Shown here in pieces: positions 15,057-23,414 of a DNA stretch of 26,687 bases. The stretch spans positions 1-26,687 of IMG/VR virus record IMGVR_UViG_3300017909_001794; one strand, given 5' to 3'. Position 1 is the stretch's first letter; every line of letters begins with the position of its first letter. This stretch comes from a virus. Its lineage: Duplodnaviria > Caudoviricetes. Position numbers and translations under genes: made by a program. The notes under the pieces are model-generated. The model ran no database searches. It saw nothing but the letters and a program-made list of their open reading frames with translations, and was not told the origin of the DNA.

Positions 15057-17395
15057 ATACAGAGGCTGAGATTGAACGTCAGTGGGAGCTAGAGCGTGAA
15101 GCACTAGCACAAGGTGCCACTAAGATACGCAAGCAAGAGGACAAAGCACTAGCACGTGAGTATGCTTCATCTCTTGTGACTTCTCAGTCATTCATGAACA
15201 CATACTTACCTGCTGTATGTGATACGATCAAGCGTGAGCGTGAGTACAAACTAGGACGTGGCAATGGTCAATACTTTGTTGAGATCATACGGTATCTCGA
15301 TAAGCTTGAGGACCTAGCATGTGCTGGCATTGCACTTAAGGTAACGTTTGATAAAGTGTTCAGTCTTGTTGATGATGCCAACAAACTTGTTAAGATACAA
15401 GAGGCTATTGGCACAGCAATTGAACAGGAGTGTCAGATACGTTACTATGAACGTGTTGCACCTGGACTGATGCGGTATGTTGTGAGTAAGTATTGGCACG
15501 CTGCTGCTGGTACACATCAACGCTACAAGGATGCACGTATTGTTCTTGAACGTAAGGGATACCACTGGACAAAGTGGAAACCTAGTGTACGTGTTAGGTT
15601 AGGTAACTGGTTACTTGATTGTATCCTTAAGCAAGAGCCTAACCTATTTGAACCTTTGATCTTACGCAACGGTAGGAAAACAAACACTTATCTTATTCCT
15701 ACAGCATATTTTGCTGATGCAAAGCAGCAGTTGTTCAAAGAGTTACAAGACCATGCGTTCTTGACGTGGCCAATGCTGATCCCACCCAATGATTGGACAG
15801 AGGAAACATCAGGAGGCTACCTTACCAATGAGGTAATGCGTGACCACGACATGGTTCGACGAGGCACGGCACCTATACAGGGAGAGACCACCTACAAGTT
15901 TCTGAACAAGATTCAGAAAACTGCATTCACCCTGAACAAGTTTGTTGTTGATGTCGCAAAGCAACTAGAAGAACGTGGACGTACTGTTGGTAAGTTTATA
16001 CCAGAGACAGACATCCAAGATCTACCAAACAAACCACTTGACATCGACACAAATGAAGAAGCTAAACGTGAGTACAAACGTAAGCGTAGGGACGTAGAGA
16101 ACTCGAACCGTACACACATACAGAAATGTGTGAGGACACGCATGACAATGGAATGTGTACGTAAGTTTGAGGTCTATGATAAGTTCTATCTACCATGGTC
16201 ATTTGATTATCGTGGAAGGACGTACCCAGTAGCATCGTTTCTCACACCACAAGACACAGACTTTGGTAAGTCATTGTTACGTTTCTATGAAGAAAGTTTC
16301 GTTGATGAAGTAGCAGTTGACTGGTTAAAGTTTCACGTTGCAACACAACGTGGTCTTGATAAAGCTCCCATAAAAGAACGTATCAAGTGGACAGAGGACA
16401 ACACTGAACTAATTGAAAAGATTGCAACTGATCCACTTGAATATCTACATGAATGGGAGAATGCTGATGAACCGTTTCAGTTTCTAGCTGCATGTGAGGA
16501 GTATTATGCTTGTGTCGTTGCTTGTAGTCGTCACCATACTGGCTTGCCTATTGCTGTTGATGCGACCTGCTCTGGTTTGCAGATTCTGGCTGGTCTTGCT
16601 AGAGATGCGTCAACGGCTAAGCTAGTAAATGTATTACCTAGTGAAAGACCACAAGATGCTTACAAGGTAATAGCTGAGGCTAGTAAGCCTGGTATACCTG
16701 AGTGTCTTCATGCTGTATGGGATCGTAAGTGCACTAAGCGTACAGTCATGACCGTACCTTACAATGCGAAACCATTTAGCAACAGAGGTTACATCAGGGA
16801 AGCACTAGCTGAGAAGAACATACAAGTGGACAAGGACACACTAACTAAGATTGTGTCTTCTGTTAGACAAGCTATGGATGAGGTCGTACCTGGACCTATG
16901 GCTGTCATGAAATGGATTGAGTCTACTGTTGCTGAACTTATCAAAGCTGGTGCTACAGAGATCAGTTGGACTACACCATCGGGATTCACAGTCACGCAAC
17001 GATTGATGAAACCAGAGGTAGAACGAATTGAACTCAAGCTATTAGGTAAAGTAAAACGTGTTAGTGTTGCTGTTGGAGAGTCTACTGAGGTAGACTTACT
17101 ACATCACAAGAATGCAACTGCACCAAACCTAATCCACTCCTTAGATGCCAGCCTGTTACACCTTTCTGCGTTACGCTTCGATGCACCGCTGGCCCTCATA
17201 CACGATTCGGTTTTATGTCGTGCTGCTGGCATGTCTATTTTGTCAGCAATCGTACGAGAAACTTACATGTTTCTTTTTGCGGAACATGACTACCTAAATG
17301 AATGGGCCGAGCAAGTCGGTGCATCAACTAAACCACCGATCATTGGAGACCTTGAACCGGAATCCGTGATTGAATCAACCTATTTCTTTTGTTAA
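15053..17395 (+). CDS. T7-like single-subunit RNA polymerase (gp1)
   Basis: FDYRGRTYP, motif A DATCSGLQ, motif B RKCTKRTVMTVPY, PNLIHSLDA, motif C IHDS, C-terminal YFFC. Confidence 0.99.
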   Translation: MNTEAEIERQWELEREALAQGATKIRKQEDKALAREYASSLVTSQSFMNTYLPAVCDTIKREREYKLGRGNGQYFVEIIRYLDKLEDLACAGIALKVTFDKVFSLVDDANKLVKIQEAIGTAIEQECQIRYYERVAPGLMRYVVSKYWHAAAGTHQRYKDARIVLERKGYHWTKWKPSVRVRLGNWLLDCILKQEPNLFEPLILRNGRKTNTYLIPTAYFADAKQQLFKELQDHAFLTWPMLIPPNDWTEETSGGYLTNEVMRDHDMVRRGTAPIQGETTYKFLNKIQKTAFTLNKFVVDVAKQLEERGRTVGKFIPETDIQDLPNKPLDIDTNEEAKREYKRKRRDVENSNRTHIQKCVRTRMTMECVRKFEVYDKFYLPWSFDYRGRTYPVASFLTPQDTDFGKSLLRFYEESFVDEVAVDWLKFHVATQRGLDKAPIKERIKWTEDNTELIEKIATDPLEYLHEWENADEPFQFLAACEEYYACVVACSRHHTGLPIAVDATCSGLQILAGLARDASTAKLVNVLPSERPQDAYKVIAEASKPGIPECLHAVWDRKCTKRTVMTVPYNAKPFSNRGYIREALAEKNIQVDKDTLTKIVSSVRQAMDEVVPGPMAVMKWIESTVAELIKAGATEISWTTPSGFTVTQRLMKPEVERIELKLLGKVKRVSVAVGESTEVDLLHHKNATAPNLIHSLDASLLHLSALRFDAPLALIHDSVLCRAAGMSILSAIVRETYMFLFAEHDYLNEWAEQVGASTKPPIIGDLEPESVIESTYFFC
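15862..15883 (+). promoter_or_regulatory. Putative phage RNAP promoter inside the RNAP gene
   Basis: AGGCACGGCACCTATACAGGGA(GA), 20/22 identical to 11407-11428. Confidence 0.65.
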
Positions 17396-17964
17396 TGGCA
17401 CGTACCACCTTTGTCACCCAAGAGCCTGTTATCCTGGAGGGATACCAAGCTGTACTGAAACCAAGCAAGTTTGGATATTCATTGTCTGCTATCATCGATG
17501 ATGAGATGGTAGATAAGCTTGATGCTGATCGAGCTGAAACCCTTAAGTGGGCTGAATCTAAACTGAAGAACCCTAAGCGTTCTACTCTCAAGCCTGAGCC
17601 TTGGGAAGAAGTTGCTGAAGGTAAATACAAAGTCAAGTTCTCATGGAATGAGGAGACTAAGCCACCTGTTGTCGATACAGAAGGCACGCTGGTCAATGAC
17701 GTAAACACTCCTGTGTATGCAGGATCTAAAGTCAAGCTGGCATTCTATCAAAAGCCATACATCCTGAAGGATGGAGTCACCTATGGCACTTCACTGAAGT
17801 TGCAAGGGATTCAAATTGTTACTGTTAATGGATCTGCTGGTGTTGATACTGGGGATCTCGATGAGTCTGCTGTTGCTGAATTGTTCGGTAAAACTAATGG
17901 CTTCAAGTCGGGTGATCCTAATGTCACGGTCACGCAAGAAAAAGTAGAAGAGGATGATTTCTAA
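17395..17964 (+). CDS. ssb: Single-stranded DNA-binding protein (gp2.5-like)
   Basis: Position after RNAP; GSKVKLAF..YGTSLKLQGIQIV; acidic tail ending EEDDF. Confidence 0.93.
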   Translation: MARTTFVTQEPVILEGYQAVLKPSKFGYSLSAIIDDEMVDKLDADRAETLKWAESKLKNPKRSTLKPEPWEEVAEGKYKVKFSWNEETKPPVVDTEGTLVNDVNTPVYAGSKVKLAFYQKPYILKDGVTYGTSLKLQGIQIVTVNGSAGVDTGDLDESAVAELFGKTNGFKSGDPNVTVTQEKVEEDDF

Positions 17965-18317
17965 TGGCTTTTCGCTCCAAGTTGGAGGAAAAGGTAGCTG
18001 ACCTTCTCTTGGAGCTGAATGTCAAATACGAGTACGAGTCAACTAAAGTTCCATATGTAATTAAACATACATATTGTCCAGACTTTGTATTACCGAATGG
18101 TATTTGGCTAGAAACAAAGGGATATTGGGACAGCAAAGACCGGAAGAAGATCCTTGAAGTGATTAAACAGAATCCAGACATTGATCTACGGATGGTCTTT
18201 CAATCTCCATACAATACAATATCAAAGAGATCAAAAACAACCTATGCACAATGGTGCGATAAACACGGAATCAAATGGACTTCTTGGGCCAACATACCTC
18301 TGAAGTGGCTTATTTAA
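17964..18317 (+). CDS. Endonuclease I / Holliday junction resolvase (gp3-like)
   Basis: FRSKLEEKVA, YCPDFVLPNGIWLETKG, DLRMVFQ, TYAQWCDKHG. Confidence 0.97.
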   Translation: MAFRSKLEEKVADLLLELNVKYEYESTKVPYVIKHTYCPDFVLPNGIWLETKGYWDSKDRKKILEVIKQNPDIDLRMVFQSPYNTISKRSKTTYAQWCDKHGIKWTSWANIPLKWLI

Positions 18318-18611
18318 ATGTCCTGGACTTCTAATCCAAAAAAAATGTTCGATGAGGAAAATCACGCCAGAGCATTAAACTACAAAAGACGGAGGGATGA
18401 GTTAATACATCATCCAAGTTTTTTAGGCTTCCTAAAAGAAGAGGCAACCTATGGAGATTGGACTGATTATGAGCAGCTCTGGAGATACATTGAAATCCTA
18501 TTTAAGTCAGCATTCACTGATAAACATTCAATAAGTATTCTTTTAAAAATTGAAGATAAAATTGCTGAAGAGAGGCTTAGATGGAAGGAAGAGAGGAATC
18601 TGAGTTTGTAA
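18318..18611 (+). CDS. Hypothetical protein between gp3 and gp4
   Basis: 97-aa charged, helical-looking ORF starting right after the gp3 stop and overlapping the primase start. Confidence 0.65.
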   Translation: MSWTSNPKKMFDEENHARALNYKRRRDELIHHPSFLGFLKEEATYGDWTDYEQLWRYIEILFKSAFTDKHSISILLKIEDKIAEERLRWKEERNLSL

Positions 18612-20173
18612 GGCATGAGCCTTGTCCACAGTGTGGCTCATCAGATGGCAATAGCTTATACTCTGATGGCCACACTTTTTGTTTTGTTTGTCACCACTAC
18701 GTACATGGTGACGGCACTGTTAACCACCACACAATGACAACCAATGTTCAATTACGAGGATCAGCCGGACGGCTGCAGAAACGTAGAATCTCTGAACGAA
18801 CTTGTGAAAAGTTCAAGTGTTACAGAGATGGAGAACAGTTACGTTTCTATTATTATGACAGCAGTGGCACGCTTGTCGGAGCCAAGGTAAGAGGTAAGGA
18901 CAAGACGTTTAGCTGTGAGGGTAAGGTGAACACACTGTATGGTATGCAGTTGTTCAGACATAAGACCACCAGCAAAACAAAGAAGCTTGTCATTACAGAA
19001 GGAGAGATGGATGCTTTGTCAGTATGGGAAGCACAACCAAACTGGGATGTCGTTAGTATCCCGAATGGTGCAGCAGCTGCAAAGAAAGCCATCCAAAACA
19101 ACTATGAATGGGTCAGCTATTACGATAAAGTTGTCTTGTTCTTTGACAACGATGAGGCAGGCCAGAAGGCTGCTGAAGATGTTGCCAGTGTCTTACCACC
19201 TGGCAAGGCATTCATCGGCCTTCTAGAGGCTTACAAGGATGCCTCAGAGGCTTTACAGGCTGATGATGCGGAGGCTATCCGTGCTGTTTGTAATTACGAT
19301 CATGTTCTGTATCAACCCGATGGGATTATCGATGGAAAGACACTATTCGATCTTGTCACCACTCCCGAATCACCATCCGACTATGAATACCCATTCGCAG
19401 GACTCAATGGTATCCTTCACGGTGCAAGACACGGCGAGCTTGTTACTATTACTGCAGCAACTGGTGGAGGAAAGTCCACATTCTGTAGGCAGCTTGCAAC
19501 TGGATTTCTCCAAGCAAGGGAACGGGTTGGTTACTTGGCATTGGAAGAAAGCAACCGACGAACAGCTTTAGGCTTGATGTCTGTTGCTGAAGGCAAACCT
19601 CTCCACATGGGTGAACATGAACGATCGTCGTTGGAAGCTGCGTATGCTAGGACAATGGCTGCTTGGGATCTCTATCTCTATGATGGCTTTGGTAGCTTTG
19701 ATCCTAGCGTTATTTACAATCGTGTTGAGTATCTCTCTAGCGCACTCGATTGCAGGATCATCTTTCTTGATCACCTTTCTATTCTTCTTTCTGGTCTTGA
19801 TGGTGATGAGAGGAAGATGATTGACACCACCATGACACGATTACGTTCGCTTGTAGAGCGTACAGGTATCACACTATTTCTTGTAAGCCATCTACGACGT
19901 ACACATCAAGATCATGGACACGAAGAAGGAGCAAGGACTTCGCTTGGACAACTTCGAGGAAGTCATTCGATTGCACAACTTTCTGATGCAGTTATCGGAC
20001 TCGAAAGAAATCAACAGAGTGACACTGAACAGTCTGATACAGTTGTTAGAGTCCTCAAGAATAGATATTCAGGCGAAACTGGCATCGCCTGCAGGCTACA
20101 ATATAACCTGAAAGAATGCCGATTCACTGAATTAGCCAAGGAAAAAGAGTTTGATGCAACCACGGATTTTTAA
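18581..20173 (+). CDS. DNA primase/helicase (gp4-like)
   Basis: Zn finger CPQC..CFVC, TOPRIM EGEMDAL and FDND, Walker A GGGKST, IFLDHLS, LRGSHSIAQLSD, KNRYSGETG. Confidence 0.98.
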   Translation: MEGREESEFVRHEPCPQCGSSDGNSLYSDGHTFCFVCHHYVHGDGTVNHHTMTTNVQLRGSAGRLQKRRISERTCEKFKCYRDGEQLRFYYYDSSGTLVGAKVRGKDKTFSCEGKVNTLYGMQLFRHKTTSKTKKLVITEGEMDALSVWEAQPNWDVVSIPNGAAAAKKAIQNNYEWVSYYDKVVLFFDNDEAGQKAAEDVASVLPPGKAFIGLLEAYKDASEALQADDAEAIRAVCNYDHVLYQPDGIIDGKTLFDLVTTPESPSDYEYPFAGLNGILHGARHGELVTITAATGGGKSTFCRQLATGFLQARERVGYLALEESNRRTALGLMSVAEGKPLHMGEHERSSLEAAYARTMAAWDLYLYDGFGSFDPSVIYNRVEYLSSALDCRIIFLDHLSILLSGLDGDERKMIDTTMTRLRSLVERTGITLFLVSHLRRTHQDHGHEEGARTSLGQLRGSHSIAQLSDAVIGLERNQQSDTEQSDTVVRVLKNRYSGETGIACRLQYNLKECRFTELAKEKEFDATTDF

Positions 20174-20282
20174 ACCCAACCCTCCCACGCAAGAGATGGT
20201 AAAGCGTGCACAATTTGTAGACAAAACTTACATCTGGAAGAATGCTAATCTTCGACCTGGAGACAAACGGACTGCTTCATGA
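20154..20282 (+). CDS. Small hypothetical protein (42 aa)
   Basis: MQPRIFKPNPPTQEMVKRAQFVDKTYIWKNANLRPGDKRTAS; bridges gp4 and the polymerase and overlaps both. Confidence 0.5.
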   Translation: MQPRIFKPNPPTQEMVKRAQFVDKTYIWKNANLRPGDKRTAS

Positions 20283-20754
20283 TCTTACCGCAATCCACTG
20301 CCTTGCAATACATGACACGACAACTGACGAGACTGTTGCTTACAATGACTGCGGCTCCAAGGATCCAGTTGTGCGTGGTATCACAAGATTGGAGGAGGCT
20401 GATAGGATAGCGGGACATAACATCATCTCGTTTGACATCCCTGCCATCAAGAAACTATTTCCATTTTTCAAAGCACCTGATGTTGTTGATACACTACTGT
20501 TAAGTAGGTTGTACCATCCAAACATGCTAGAGGTTGACAAGAAAAACAAATGGAACCACATGCCTGTGCAGTTGTATGGACGACATTCATTGGAGTCGTA
20601 TGGCTACAGGCTAGGTGAATACAAAGGAAGCTTTGCTAAGGACACTGATTGGCAGGATTGGTCACAAGAGATGGAAGATTATTGCATCCAAGACGTTGTA
20701 GTAACCACCAAACTATGCAAACATTTCCACCCTTACCTGACTGGTGCACGTTAG
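20242..20754 (+). CDS. polA: DNA polymerase A, 3'-5' exonuclease domain (split gp5, part 1)
   Basis: ExoI FDLETNG, ExoII GHNIISFD, ExoIII YCIQDV; stops at TAG 20752-20754. Confidence 0.95.
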   Translation: MLIFDLETNGLLHDLTAIHCLAIHDTTTDETVAYNDCGSKDPVVRGITRLEEADRIAGHNIISFDIPAIKKLFPFFKAPDVVDTLLLSRLYHPNMLEVDKKNKWNHMPVQLYGRHSLESYGYRLGEYKGSFAKDTDWQDWSQEMEDYCIQDVVVTTKLCKHFHPYLTGAR

Positions 20755-21995
20755 AACATGAAGTAGCTAAACTTCTCACACAACAGGAGCAACATGGATG
20801 GTATTTTGATGAGCGAGCTGCATGGCAGCTTGCATCGGCTCTCCAAACAGAGCTGGAAGAAACTAAAAAACTACTACGAAACAGGCACCCTTTCGTGGCA
20901 GGATCGGTGTTCAATCCTAAACGAAATAACAAGACACAAGGCTATTATGCTGGGTGCGAATCAGTTAGACTCAAAGAACTCAATCCAACCTCAAGGGATC
21001 ACATCGCATGGGTATTAACGACGTTCTATGGATGGAAACCTACCCAGATGACTGCTACTGGGAAGGCTATTATCGACGAGATTATACTGACAGAGATTGC
21101 CTCAGGTGGGATCTCTATAGCAGCGGAGTTTGCGAAGTGTCTGGATATTACGAAGAAATTGGGGATGATCTCGGAAGGCACGAACGCATGGCTGAAGCTA
21201 TGTACGACTGCTAGCAGGGTTCATCATCATTGTAGTGTTGGGTGTGCGACCTTTCGTATGTCACACAAGAATCCCAACTTAGCACAAGTACCAAGTGACG
21301 AACGATTTAGAAAATTATTTAAAGCAACTCCAGGCCAAGTTATGGTCGGCGCTGATCTTGCTGGCATTGAGCTTCGGATGCTTGCTCACTATTTGGCCCG
21401 TTACGACGGAGGTAGATACGCAGACATCCTTCTTAACGGTGACATCCACCAAACAAATGCAGACAAGATAGGTATTTCAAGGAGACTTGTTAAGACTGTA
21501 ACTTATGCCTTTTTGTATGGAGCGGGTGATCAGAAAATTGGACTAAGTTATGACAACACCTTATCTTCTTCAGCGGCTAAATCAAAAGGCAAAGAGATTC
21601 GCAATGCTTACATTGAAGCGATTCCGGGTCTTGATGATCTACTTGCTGCAATTAGAACAGCAAGCGAACGAGGCTATGTTAAAGCGATTGACGGGAGGAA
21701 GGTACTCGTTGATTCACCACACAAAGCGCTCAACTTCTGCCTCCAGTCTTCGGCAGGAGTGGTAGCAAAGCGTTGGTTATTGATCAACCAACCAACTATC
21801 AACGAAACTAAACTATGCTGCTCGCAGCTGGCATTCGTTCATGATGAACTACAGTTTGAGTGCGATCCAGAACATGCAAAAGATTTATCAACATCCTTGG
21901 TATACAGCGCTGCAGCGGCTGGGGAGTATTACAAGCTCCGAATCCCAATCGCAGCAGAAGCAAAGCAAGGAACAAACTGGTCAGAGGTGCACTGA
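20715..21995 (+). CDS. polA: DNA polymerase A, polymerase domain (split gp5, part 2; -1 frame)
   Basis: NPTSRDHI, PNLAQVP, motif A DLAGIELR, motif B KTVTYAFLYGAG, motif C VHDE; starts at ATG 20715 or is entered by frameshift. Confidence 0.95.
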   Translation: MQTFPPLPDWCTLEHEVAKLLTQQEQHGWYFDERAAWQLASALQTELEETKKLLRNRHPFVAGSVFNPKRNNKTQGYYAGCESVRLKELNPTSRDHIAWVLTTFYGWKPTQMTATGKAIIDEIILTEIASGGISIAAEFAKCLDITKKLGMISEGTNAWLKLCTTASRVHHHCSVGCATFRMSHKNPNLAQVPSDERFRKLFKATPGQVMVGADLAGIELRMLAHYLARYDGGRYADILLNGDIHQTNADKIGISRRLVKTVTYAFLYGAGDQKIGLSYDNTLSSSAAKSKGKEIRNAYIEAIPGLDDLLAAIRTASERGYVKAIDGRKVLVDSPHKALNFCLQSSAGVVAKRWLLINQPTINETKLCCSQLAFVHDELQFECDPEHAKDLSTSLVYSAAAAGEYYKLRIPIAAEAKQGTNWSEVH

Positions 21996-22759
21996 TGAAG
22001 CTATTCATCGACGCTGACTACATTGTCTACAAGAGTTGTGCGGGAGCAGAGGATGAAGTTGATTGGGGAGATGATGTGATTGTCGTCACGTCACGTTTCA
22101 CTGAGGCTTACAAGAACGTAAAGAAAGAGTTAGTCAACATCCAACTTGAGTTTGGTGGCTTTGCTCAACCGGTATTGTTCTTCTCTGATTCCAAGAACTT
22201 TCGTAAGGACATTCTCGATACATACAAAGGACACCGTAACCGTAAGAAACCTTGTGGTTACAAGCGTGTGATCAATTCGTTGAAAGATGATTACAGAGTC
22301 ATCCAACTACCTACCTTGGAAGCAGACGATGCGATGGGTATCTATGCAACCAAGTATCCCGGTAACATCATCGTATCACCAGACAAGGACATGCGTCAGA
22401 TTCCGGGAGAACTGTACAACCTACAGGAACGATTCACAGTCACACGTGAGGAAGGTGCGAAGTGGCATCTATTACAAACACTGGCTGGTGATCAAACTGA
22501 TGGTTACAGTGGAGTACCTGGCATTGGTATCAAAAGAGCAGAAGCTTTGTTTGAACAGAATGGTTACTCCTGGCAAACAGTAGTCAAAGCATTCGCTGAC
22601 AAAGGTCTTGGTGAAGACATTGCACTACAAAATGCACGACTAGCTAAGATACTTACCAACGATGATTATGACTTCGGACTCAGGCAACCGATTCTCTGGA
22701 ATCCCGATGCCGATTACAAAATTGAAGATGGAGCAGCAGTTCAAGCTCCGACAGATTAG
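21995..22759 (+). CDS. 5'-3' exonuclease (gp6-like)
   Basis: FIDADY, NFRK..YKGHR, LEADD, SPDKD, GDQTDGYSGVPGIG; ATG overlaps the polymerase stop. Confidence 0.96.
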   Translation: MKLFIDADYIVYKSCAGAEDEVDWGDDVIVVTSRFTEAYKNVKKELVNIQLEFGGFAQPVLFFSDSKNFRKDILDTYKGHRNRKKPCGYKRVINSLKDDYRVIQLPTLEADDAMGIYATKYPGNIIVSPDKDMRQIPGELYNLQERFTVTREEGAKWHLLQTLAGDQTDGYSGVPGIGIKRAEALFEQNGYSWQTVVKAFADKGLGEDIALQNARLAKILTNDDYDFGLRQPILWNPDADYKIEDGAAVQAPTD

Positions 22760-22904
22760 AGATAGCTTGGAAAAGATTTCTAAAGAAGAAATGCTAGAGC
22801 TATTCCTTCTGCTGCAAGAACAGAACTTTATTTTATCTAACACTGTTTCTAATCTTGTAAAGCAATGGCCGACTCACCCACTTACTACACCCGAGGCCAA
22901 ATAG
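22707..22904 (+). CDS. nblA: Phycobilisome degradation adaptor NblA-like protein
   Basis: PITKLKMEQQFKLRQIRDSLEKISKEEMLELFLLLQEQ...NLVKQW matches the NblA LxxEQQF two-helix pattern; the start could also be 22662 or 22668. Confidence 0.8.
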   Translation: MPITKLKMEQQFKLRQIRDSLEKISKEEMLELFLLLQEQNFILSNTVSNLVKQWPTHPLTTPEAK

Positions 22905-23143
22905 AAGTCTGGGACTTTATCCGAGACCAGAGCTTAAACTATCACTTAGGGTGTGCAATTAAATATATCTGCCGAGCTGGCTATAAAGACAGCACGGTGG
23001 AAGATCTAAAAAAAGCAATTCACTATCTTGAAAACGAACTAAATCATGTCACTTCTAAGCAACCAAGCCATCGAATTTCGCAGAGCGTACGATATACAGA
23101 ACTGCTTGAGTGCGAGGGAGAGACAGAAGTCTTTGATCGTTGA
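22865..23143 (+). CDS. DUF3310 / T7 gp1.7-like nucleotide kinase
   Basis: SPTYYTRGQIEVWDFI..LNYHLGCAIKYICRAGYK..EDLKKAIHYL. Confidence 0.88.
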   Translation: MADSPTYYTRGQIEVWDFIRDQSLNYHLGCAIKYICRAGYKDSTVEDLKKAIHYLENELNHVTSKQPSHRISQSVRYTELLECEGETEVFDR

Positions 23144-23414
23144 AGAGTTCAAAGAATTTATTGAAGCAGATCATGACATGGCTATGATTGATGTCAACAG
23201 CCGTGCTGAATGCTTGAAAGAACTTGCAGATCTTGTCTATGTCTGTGCTCAGTATGCAGAGAACATGGATTGGGACCTGGAGCAAGCTCTACGCCGTGTC
23301 CACAAAAGCAATATGTCTAAGCTGGGAGATGACGGTAAACCAATCAAACGGGCCGATGGTAAAGTATTAAAAGGTCCTAACTACCAACCACCAAACTTGA
23401 CTGATCTCGTCTAA
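23046..23414 (+). CDS. MazG-like NTP pyrophosphohydrolase
   Basis: LIVEEFKEF, LKELADLVYV, VHKSNMSK, DGKVLKGPNY. Confidence 0.92.
   Translation: MSLLSNQAIEFRRAYDIQNCLSARERQKSLIVEEFKEFIEADHDMAMIDVNSRAECLKELADLVYVCAQYAENMDWDLEQALRRVHKSNMSKLGDDGKPIKRADGKVLKGPNYQPPNLTDLV

Noticed and set aside
18939-19820. Alternative-frame plus-strand ORFs inside primase/helicase (likewise inside terL, polA and RNR)
   Set aside because: Shadow frames from codon bias, with no recognisable motifs or initiation signals.
20242-21995. polA pseudogene, or intron/intein interruption
   Set aside because: All catalytic motifs are intact, and the two frames overlap with no intervening sequence to splice.
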